A DNA stretch of 64,000 bases, taken from NCBI GenBank assembly GCA_964504305.1, contig CAZDEB010000001.1:233826-297825 (forward strand). The letters run 5' to 3'. The position numbers and the translations under genes were made by a program. Below are positions 57,069 to 64,000 of this stretch, piece after piece (the first letter of the stretch is position 1; every line of letters begins with the position of its first letter). Source of the stretch: an uncultured Candidatus Nemicrothrix sp. Lineage in GTDB: Bacteria > Actinomycetota > Acidimicrobiia > Acidimicrobiales > Aldehydirespiratoraceae. The notes under the pieces were generated by a model, which had not been told where the DNA came from, made no database searches, and saw only the letters and a program-made list of their open reading frames with translations.

Positions 57069-57922
57069 GTTTGTCCCACCTCACCAACCAACATGGCCGA
57101 TTTGGAGTATTTGCTATCGACCACCGCGACTCGTTTCGGGCGTTTCTGTCACCCGATGATCCCGGCGCGTTGAGCGCAGCCGAAATCACCGCCCGCAAGA
57201 TCGAGATGGTCGCGGCGATCGGGTCGGAGGCGACGGGCGTGATGCTCGAACCCGAGTACTCGGTGCCACAGGTCATCGATGCGGGGGTACTGCCCGAGGG
57301 AGTCGGGTTTACCATCGCCCTCGAGTCGCAGGGGTACTTGGGCAATCCCGAAAAGGGACCGACCACGCTGCTCGACGGTTTCTCTATCGAGCAGGCCAAA
57401 GCCACCGGCGCCAGTTGTGCCAAGTTATTGCTGCCATACCGACCCGATCGTCCGCTGGCCGCGGCGCAGGAAGCAGTTGGTCGCGACGTAGTTCACGAGT
57501 GTCGCCGCGTCGGGATTCCGGTCGTGCTCGAACCGCTGTTCTACGGCCTCGATGATCCCGCTGATCGGCCCGAACTCGTGCTGACCACGGCGACACGATT
57601 CGCCAATATCAACCCCGACCTGCTCAAGTTGCCGTTCCCGATCGACGCCGCCCACGACCCCGATACCGATCACTGGTTCGCGGCGTGCCGCGCCATCAGC
57701 GAGCTGTGTCCCATGCCGTGGGTGATGCTGTCCGGTGGCGGATCTTTCGATACTTACGCCGCTCAACTCGAAGTCGCCGTACAAGCGGGGTCGGCGGGGT
57801 TCATGGTGGGGCGTGCTTTGTGGGGCGAAGCCGCTCTGGCGTCCGCCGCGGATCGCGGCCGGTTGCTAACCGACCTTGTCCGGCCGCGGATGCGCCAGCT
57901 TCGGGCACTGATCGACGGCTAG
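57065..57922 (+). CDS. class I aldolase of the LacD/YihT type (candidate 2-deoxy-5-keto-gluconate-6-P aldolase)
   Basis: GRFGVFAIDHRDSF resembles the IDQR block of tagatose-bisphosphate/sulfofructose-P aldolases, and a K in …CAKLLLPY… is present. It occupies the last position of the iol operon. Confidence 0.6.
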   Translation: MSLSHLTNQHGRFGVFAIDHRDSFRAFLSPDDPGALSAAEITARKIEMVAAIGSEATGVMLEPEYSVPQVIDAGVLPEGVGFTIALESQGYLGNPEKGPTTLLDGFSIEQAKATGASCAKLLLPYRPDRPLAAAQEAVGRDVVHECRRVGIPVVLEPLFYGLDDPADRPELVLTTATRFANINPDLLKLPFPIDAAHDPDTDHWFAACRAISELCPMPWVMLSGGGSFDTYAAQLEVAVQAGSAGFMVGRALWGEAALASAADRGRLLTDLVRPRMRQLRALIDG

Positions 57923-58022
57923 CCGGCTCCTTCCCGCAACACGAAACGCTTTTCCGACAACACCAAACGTCGAGACTTCGGGTCAATTTGAGCGACCGGT
58001 TGGACCGGCTACGGTTCGCCTC

Positions 58023-59603
58023 ATGCAGCCAGGACCGAAGAACCGCTTTCTCGCCGCGTCGGGCAACGCGATGGCCCACGGTCGATGTGATCAACAAGAC
58101 AATGCGCCGTGGCGCGGGCCAGAGGGCCCGAGCGAGACCTTGACCGATGCAGATCTGCAGCACACGTGGCTCGGGCCGTGCCATTTTGGTGGCAACGTTT
58201 CGGGTCCCTACGCCGACGGTCGCCGCGTCGTGTGGAGCAACGGGCGCCAAACCATCGCCAAACTCGACTACGACACTCTCGAATTGCTGACCGAGCACGT
58301 AATTGTTGGCGGCGAAGGAAAAACCCCGCAAGCCGATCTCGAAGACAATCTGCGGGGGCTCGACGACAAAGAAGGCTGGGACGCGATCGAGCACGCGATC
58401 AACCTGTCGTTACGGTTCATGACCGGCCTCGACGGCGTCTACAGCCTCCTCGACTGCGACCACACGTTCTTTCTCGGCCGCAAAGATCACGCCGTCGCGT
58501 ATGTCGAAACCGATCCCGCCGACCCTTCTTCGCCGCTCGTCGAACGAGATCGCTGGATCAAACCAGACGAGATCGAAGGCTTCTTTGTGGGTATCAACAT
58601 CACCTTTGACGGTTGGCTGGTGATGACCACCGATCACGGTTGGGTCGTGGTGTTGAAACGCGATTTCAGCCAGCACCACGCCATTCAGGTAAGGGGAGGA
58701 GCGCAAGAGGCGTCCGACTACTGCGCGGCGATGGCCGCCGATCGGGGCCATACCGGCTACGGCTGGATGCGCACCAGTGCCTGCGTGGATGACGAAAACT
58801 CGATCTACGTGTCCTCCAACGATCACCATCACAAGGTGCGCTGGCTCGGCGATCGGCTCTCTATTGACGAGACCGACGGGGCCTGGACCATTCCGTATCG
58901 CAACGGAGGGGGGACCGGTAGCGGCACCACGCCTTCGCTCATGGGGTTCGGCCCGGACGAAGATCACTTTGTGGTGTTCGGCGACGGCGACGAAGTTGTC
59001 AACATCACCTACGTGTGGCGCGACGCAATCCCCGACGATTGGGAGCAACTCCCGAACGCTCCGCATCGCCGCATAGCCGGCATCGGTCCCGCCAATATGG
59101 GCAACCCCGACTTGGTGTCCATACAGACCGAGCAATCAATCACCGTGTCGGGGTATGGCGCGATGACCGTCAACAACGAACCGGCCACGATCCCAGATGG
59201 CATCCCCAAACAGGGCGCTCGAATGTTGTGCTTCATGCTCGGGCACAAACCCGAATACACGCCGCACGGAATGCACAAATACGAGTGGAACCCCCAAACC
59301 CGACACCTCGAGCAGGCGTGGGTCAACTCTGATATCTCTTCGCCGAACTCGGTGCCGTACGTCGCTCAAGAATCTGATCTGGTCTACACCTGCGGAGTAC
59401 GGGGCGGGCAATGGACAATCGAAGCAGCTAACTGGACGACGGGCGAATCGGCCTTCCACTACGTGCTCGGCGGATCAAAGTTCAACACTCTCGGGGCGGG
59501 CGTAACCATCGATGATGACGGCCGCCTCTTATTCGGAAGCATGTACGGAAAGACCCGCATTCTTCGAGGCCCTGGCGAGGTGCAGACCAGCGGCCGGACT
59601 TAG
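58023..59603 (+). CDS. hypothetical 526-aa protein, probably beta-propeller-like, no recognised motif
   Basis: It is a long ORF with coding-like third-position GC bias. It is rich in W/G/D/H with repeated beta-strand-like blocks. It has no signal peptide, and the start codon is uncertain. Confidence 0.6.
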   Translation: MQPGPKNRFLAASGNAMAHGRCDQQDNAPWRGPEGPSETLTDADLQHTWLGPCHFGGNVSGPYADGRRVVWSNGRQTIAKLDYDTLELLTEHVIVGGEGKTPQADLEDNLRGLDDKEGWDAIEHAINLSLRFMTGLDGVYSLLDCDHTFFLGRKDHAVAYVETDPADPSSPLVERDRWIKPDEIEGFFVGINITFDGWLVMTTDHGWVVVLKRDFSQHHAIQVRGGAQEASDYCAAMAADRGHTGYGWMRTSACVDDENSIYVSSNDHHHKVRWLGDRLSIDETDGAWTIPYRNGGGTGSGTTPSLMGFGPDEDHFVVFGDGDEVVNITYVWRDAIPDDWEQLPNAPHRRIAGIGPANMGNPDLVSIQTEQSITVSGYGAMTVNNEPATIPDGIPKQGARMLCFMLGHKPEYTPHGMHKYEWNPQTRHLEQAWVNSDISSPNSVPYVAQESDLVYTCGVRGGQWTIEAANWTTGESAFHYVLGGSKFNTLGAGVTIDDDGRLLFGSMYGKTRILRGPGEVQTSGRT

Positions 59604-59639
59604 CGCTCGCTATTGGGCATGGCCGTCAACTCAGTATCG

Positions 59640-60656
59640 CTAACACAGGGCCGCCTGCAGCGCGGCGGCAACGATGCTGACGTCGCCCTCCTCAATGTCG
59701 AGATGAGTAACGATCCGACTCGAAGCCGATCCATCGGCGGCGTGGCTCCACAGGCTCTTGATTCCCGAAGCTGCGAGCTGGTTCTCGATGTCGACCGGTG
59801 CATCAGCTATCGACACGAACACCATGTTGGTGTTTTGGGCTCGCACCGTGATGCCATCGATGTCGCTTAGAACGGCCGCGAACGCCGCCGCGTTGGCGTG
59901 GTCGTCGGCGAGACGATCGACGTTGTTGGCCAGCGCGTAGAGGCCAGCAGCCGCCATCATTCCGGCCTGGCGCATGCCACCGCCAAGCATCTTGCGGGTG
60001 CGACGAGCGGCCGCGATCAGGTCGGCCGGACCGCTCAGCACCGAACCCATCGGTGCCCCGAGGCCCTTGGAGAGGCACAGCGACACCGTGTCGAAGTCGG
60101 CGGTGAGTTCTTCGCCCGAAACGCCGAGGGCCACCGCCGCGTTCCACATCCGGGCGCCGTCAAGGTGCGTGGCCAGCCCGTGCTTGCGAGCCACCGACGT
60201 GGCCTCACGCATCCGATCCACCGACTGGACCATGCCGTCCTTGGTGTTCTCGACACAGACCAGTTTGGTGCGGGCATAGTGCGGATCATCGGGTTTCACC
60301 ACCGCATCGATCGCGGCCGGGTCGACCAGGCCATCGGCGAGCATCGGCACCGTCTGGGGTTGAACGCTCCCCAATACCGCCGCGCCCCCGGCCTCCCACC
60401 GAAACGCATGAGCCATGTCGCCGGCGATGTATTCGTCGCCGCGTCCGCAATGAGACATGACCGCACAAAGGTTTGATTGAGTGCCGCTGGTGACAAAGAC
60501 CGCCGCTTCCTTGCCAAGACGTTCAGCCACCACAGATTCGAGACGGTTGACGGTCGGATCATCGCCGAATACATCGTCGCCCAAAGGGGCATCGAGCATG
60601 GCTTGCTTCATTGCCGCGGTGGGCTGGGTGACAGTATCGGAGCGAAGATCGATCAT
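59640..60656 (-). CDS. ltaE: low-specificity L-threonine aldolase
   Basis: MIDLRSDTVTQPT…DDVFGDDPTVN…SGTQSN…CLSKGLGAPMGS contains the PLP Lys. Size is 338 aa. Confidence 0.9.
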   Translation of the reverse strand: MIDLRSDTVTQPTAAMKQAMLDAPLGDDVFGDDPTVNRLESVVAERLGKEAAVFVTSGTQSNLCAVMSHCGRGDEYIAGDMAHAFRWEAGGAAVLGSVQPQTVPMLADGLVDPAAIDAVVKPDDPHYARTKLVCVENTKDGMVQSVDRMREATSVARKHGLATHLDGARMWNAAVALGVSGEELTADFDTVSLCLSKGLGAPMGSVLSGPADLIAAARRTRKMLGGGMRQAGMMAAAGLYALANNVDRLADDHANAAAFAAVLSDIDGITVRAQNTNMVFVSIADAPVDIENQLAASGIKSLWSHAADGSASSRIVTHLDIEEGDVSIVAAALQAALC

Positions 60657-60689
60657 TTCGCAAGGCTAGACACCGCGCCGACTCGATGC

Positions 60690-63600
60690 CTAACGGTCGG
60701 CCAGTGCTCGGGCCTGGTCGTCGAGTTCTTCGGTGGCCAAGCCAAGGTCCTCGGGCGAGAAACTGGCCACTCGATCGATCTGCCCGGCCGCGTCCACCTG
60801 GTACAGCTGAAGGAGCTCTTCGCGCCAGCCGCCGGTCGCATCGCTGGCCGTGATTCGAGCGAGAGCGAGCCGTTCGCCGCGAGTGTCAACAATGGCGACG
60901 GAGTAGTCGGTGAGTCCATTGCGCGGATGGACGAGAAGTTCGAGAAAGGTGCGGACGCCAGCACGGTCGAGGACCGGCGACGCCACCAGTCTGCGGCGAT
61001 CGATGCTCACGGCGTCCGACGACACCAGATCCAAGGCTCCTTCGACATCAAGATCGCGAAAAACTCGATCCCAAAATCGCTCACAGCTTTGAGACGCAAG
61101 GTTGGCCAGTGAGGGTTCGGCCAGTTCAGCAAACCGCGCCAGCGCAGTTTCGGCGTCGTCGACTTCGAAGACGTTCGACTCAACGACCTTGGCATCGACC
61201 ATTTTGACGGCCGCCAGCCCCCACTCGCGGGCGCAGGCCAGAGCCTCATGGGCTGACTCTTCTTCAAATGTTGCGGCCCGTATGGCCCGATCATCTTCGT
61301 CAACCTCAAAAACGCTCACCCACACCATCTCCGCAGAAGCCGCGGTCCCCCACGTGATCCGGAAAACGCCGATCCGATCAGTGATGTTGGCGATTGTTTC
61401 GCTCGAGATCGCCCCATCGAACGTGTCGGAGAGATCGATCGCCGATTGTGCGGCCAAGTCCCGGTCAACCTCCGCGACCGGCATACCGGGGCGGTGGCTC
61501 ACAAATAGGAAGTCCGATCTATGCAGTGCGGTCCAAGCTTCGAGCGATCGGTCGCGGATGGCGGCCATGTTGTTGCTCACGTACAGTTCTACCGAGGTGG
61601 TCGTTGCCGCCGCACCAACCTGATGGTGGTGGCGGTCCGACACCGCCACTGCGCCTTTTGCTTCGAACAATCGCTCGGCGTCGGCTTGGGCTCGCTTGAA
61701 CGGCGTTCCCTTTTCGTTTTCAGACCGAGCCGTGGTTTCGTCCTCAGAAAGAACCCGGGCCAGTGTCTGAGCGGCGACTGCATGGTCCATGGTGAGGTCG
61801 GTGCCGGCCGCGATCGCAACGGCCTCGCGTGCCAGAAGTTCGGCTTCGGCACGGTGGCCGAGGGCCGCTTCGATCTCGGCTCGTGCCGCCCGTGAAGCAA
61901 TCGCGGTTTGGAGATTGCGACCAGCATTGGCCTCCGAAGCCTTTGCGTGGCGCTCGGCGTCTTCGACGCGGCCCTGGGCCAGAAGGGCTCTGGCCAACAG
62001 CGCCTCAGCTTGGCCGGCATCGGCACCGATTCCGAGCTGTCCAAGACCGGTGTGAGCAAGAGTTAGCGACTCCTCGGCCGCTTCGTAATCCTCGGCCAGC
62101 AAATCTATGTAGCCGGCAAACATCGCCGTCTCGAGCACACCATGACGAAGGCCGATCTCGTCGGCGATCTCCCTCGAACGGGCAATGAGATGGCGCGCCT
62201 CGTCGAAGCGTCCCCGCATTGCGTCGAGAACGGCTTGGCACCGCAGTGAGGTCGCCTCGACCAGCGGTGACCCGGTTGTGATCCGCAGCAGTCGAACGAT
62301 GTCAAGGCAACGACCCCCGGCTCGCGCCACCGGACTGGGCCCCCAGAGCGCGGCGATGGGCGCGGCGGCGAGCACTGCGGTAATACGCCGTCGATCGCCG
62401 GCCGCCCGTGCCGCCTCTAGCGCGGCGTCGAGTTCAGCCTCGCACGCCGCGACTCGACCTTGTCGAGCCAGGATGAGCGCCCGAACGAGCCGAGCCTTGG
62501 CCACGCCAGCTTGATCCCCCAGGTCGGCGAGCGCTGACGCCGCGGCGGCAACGCTCGGCTCCATTTCATCAAGGCGTTCCGGTGCAGTGAATACGACAAG
62601 TTGACCTTCAAACGCCGCGGTCCATGCGGCCATCCGGGCGCTCAGCCCGCGATGAGCGGCCAGTTCCTCGAATAAAGACAGCCCTTCGGCGACGTGCGCA
62701 GCCGAGAAGAATGCTTCGCAGCCGATCAGCGAGAGCTCGGCGCGACGATGATCGTCGTCGAGGAGGCGAGCAAGGGCCCGAAGCGTTAGGGCGCCGGCGG
62801 CCAGGAGGTCGTCTTCGTCCAACGCTCGCTGGGCCGCCACAGTCAACAAGTCAGCGGCTCGACCTCCCACATCGATCGCCGCTTTCGTCGGGCTGCCGAG
62901 TTGAGTCAGGTATTCGTGGGCTCGCTCGTAATGGAACGCGATCGAGATTTCGGCATCTTCGGCTAGGTCGGCGGCAACGACGGTTGTCCATTCGGCCACT
63001 TGTTGATGAAGCTCAGCGCGTCGCTCCTTCAAGAGTCGGCGGTAAGCGGCATCACGAATGAGGGCGTGGTGAAACCGCCACTGCGGTTCGTCACCCCAGT
63101 ACCAGCCGGTCGGGTCGACGATCTCCTGACGACGGAGCCGCTCGAGGATCCGGTCGAGACGGCCGGTGCCGATATCGGGCAAGAGGGCGGCGACCGCGCC
63201 GCGGGTGAACTCGGACCCGACTACCGCGGCCTTCTCGGCAACGCGACGCTCCTCCTCATCCAAACGCTCTACGCGAACCGCGAGCAGCGACGTAATCGTG
63301 GGAGGAATGTCGATTGCGGCCGCGTCGACCGTCAGCGCCCATCCGTTTGACCTCTCGGTAAGGGTGCCGTCGTCGATCAGCATGCGAATGAATTCGCGGA
63401 CGAACAGTGGGTTTCCTTCGGTGGAGACAGGGAGCCGCTCGGACAGGCCATTGGGGAGCGGCGCGCCGAGAATTCCTTCGGCAAGAGCGGCTGTGGTCGA
63501 CGAGTCGAGTCCCTCGAGCGAGAGACATGCGGCGACGCGGCGCCCGGTCTCGACGAGCGCAGGCCGCAGATCGCGAAACTCCGGGCGCGCCAACGCCAAC

Positions 63601-64000
63601 AAAAGGACCGGCCCGCGAGCCCATTCGACCAGATGTTCGAGGAGATCGAGAAACAGCGGGGTGGCCCATTGCACATCGTCGACGGTCACGACCAGCGGAC
63701 CGGTCGATGCAAGGATCTCGATCAGGCGACGACAACCCCATAAGGCTTCTTCGGTTGAGCGGGAAGGTGACGCGCCAAGAAAGCCGGCAAGCAGTGGGCT
63801 CAACCGGTCGGCGTCGGGCTGCTCGGCGACAAGGGCGGCGACGGCCTCGACGATGCGGTCCTCGCGAGCTCCAACACTGAGGCCCGTGACGGCTCGCAGC
63901 AGGTCCCCGATCGGTTCGAATGTTGCCGTCCTTTCGCTATCGATGCGGAGATGAAACGCGGTGCCGTCGCTCATTTCGCTCGCCAGTTGCGTCGCTAAGC
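60690..64000 (-). CDS. large STAND-type (AAA_16) ATPase-TPR protein, N-terminus outside the window
   Basis: The frame stays open upstream of the track's Met to position 64000. …LVVTVDDVQWATPLFLDLLEHL… and …EGNPLFVREFIRML… are typical of MalT/AfsR-like NTPases. A long TPR-like helical region and a roughly 340-aa unassigned C-terminus follow. Confidence 0.7.
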   Translation of the reverse strand, partial: LATQLASEMSDGTAFHLRIDSERTATFEPIGDLLRAVTGLSVGAREDRIVEAVAALVAEQPDADRLSPLLAGFLGASPSRSTEEALWGCRRLIEILASTGPLVVTVDDVQWATPLFLDLLEHLVEWARGPVLLLALARPEFRDLRPALVETGRRVAACLSLEGLDSSTTAALAEGILGAPLPNGLSERLPVSTEGNPLFVREFIRMLIDDGTLTERSNGWALTVDAAAIDIPPTITSLLAVRVERLDEEERRVAEKAAVVGSEFTRGAVAALLPDIGTGRLDRILERLRRQEIVDPTGWYWGDEPQWRFHHALIRDAAYRRLLKERRAELHQQVAEWTTVVAADLAEDAEISIAFHYERAHEYLTQLGSPTKAAIDVGGRAADLLTVAAQRALDEDDLLAAGALTLRALARLLDDDHRRAELSLIGCEAFFSAAHVAEGLSLFEELAAHRGLSARMAAWTAAFEGQLVVFTAPERLDEMEPSVAAAASALADLGDQAGVAKARLVRALILARQGRVAACEAELDAALEAARAAGDRRRITAVLAAAPIAALWGPSPVARAGGRCLDIVRLLRITTGSPLVEATSLRCQAVLDAMRGRFDEARHLIARSREIADEIGLRHGVLETAMFAGYIDLLAEDYEAAEESLTLAHTGLGQLGIGADAGQAEALLARALLAQGRVEDAERHAKASEANAGRNLQTAIASRAARAEIEAALGHRAEAELLAREAVAIAAGTDLTMDHAVAAQTLARVLSEDETTARSENEKGTPFKRAQADAERLFEAKGAVAVSDRHHHQVGAAATTTSVELYVSNNMAAIRDRSLEAWTALHRSDFLFVSHRPGMPVAEVDRDLAAQSAIDLSDTFDGAISSETIANITDRIGVFRITWGTAASAEMVWVSVFEVDEDDRAIRAATFEEESAHEALACAREWGLAAVKMVDAKVVESNVFEVDDAETALARFAELAEPSLANLASQSCERFWDRVFRDLDVEGALDLVSSDAVSIDRRRLVASPVLDRAGVRTFLELLVHPRNGLTDYSVAIVDTRGERLALARITASDATGGWREELLQLYQVDAAGQIDRVASFSPEDLGLATEELDDQARALADR

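Noticed and set aside
1-64000. Search for tRNA/rRNA genes, transposases/integrases, phage genes, toxin-antitoxin pairs or known defence-system genes.
   Set aside because: No T-loop/acceptor-like tRNA signatures, rRNA-like stretches, DDE/tyrosine-recombinase motifs or terminal inverted repeats were seen by eye. The UvrD helicase and the STAND ATPase have no neighbouring nuclease or effector genes that would suggest a defence island.

Overview
The window is a GC-rich chromosomal segment that looks Actinomycetota-like. The cues are strong G/C third-position bias, Pro/Thr-rich linkers, lipobox lipoproteins and many 4-nt ATGA/GTGA stop-start overlaps. It is densely coding, with about 60 genes. I found no rRNA, tRNA, CRISPR array, transposase or integrase. 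Recognisable housekeeping and metabolic genes include typA/bipA, engB, ilvD, a UvrD-type helicase, a stand-alone LigD polymerase domain, an ECF42-type sigma factor with its DGPF/YCII partner, and a GGDEF cyclase. Positions 42.7-57.9 kb hold a large LacI-controlled inositol (iol) catabolic supercluster with an ABC importer and several paralogous dehydrogenases. The most interesting observation is an AhpD/carboxymuconolactone-decarboxylase-family gene (22744..23724, minus) interrupted by one in-frame TGA. The TGA sits exactly where the second Cys of the C-x-x-C-x-x-x-H redox motif should be, and a stem-loop follows 3 nt downstream. This makes it a selenocysteine candidate, or alternatively a very recent pseudogene. 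A second notable gene is a single polypeptide that fuses an ECF sigma factor, a complete zinc-binding anti-sigma (ZAS) motif, a TM helix and a large extracytoplasmic domain (16624..18507). Other oddities: a P450 with no start codon that would cover its conserved N-terminus, a degenerate histidine kinase (H-box His replaced by Ser) coupled to a PT-rich surface protein, a sugar ABC permease with a roughly 300-aa multi-TM insertion, 15-bp coding tandem repeats at the 5' end of a PhyH dioxygenase gene, and a perfect 18-bp palindromic operator. All functional calls come from reading the translated ORFs for family motifs; no database search was run. Many long ORFs in the supplied track are antisense shadows typical of high-GC DNA and were discarded. 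Several real genes were shortened to internal starts that abut the upstream gene.
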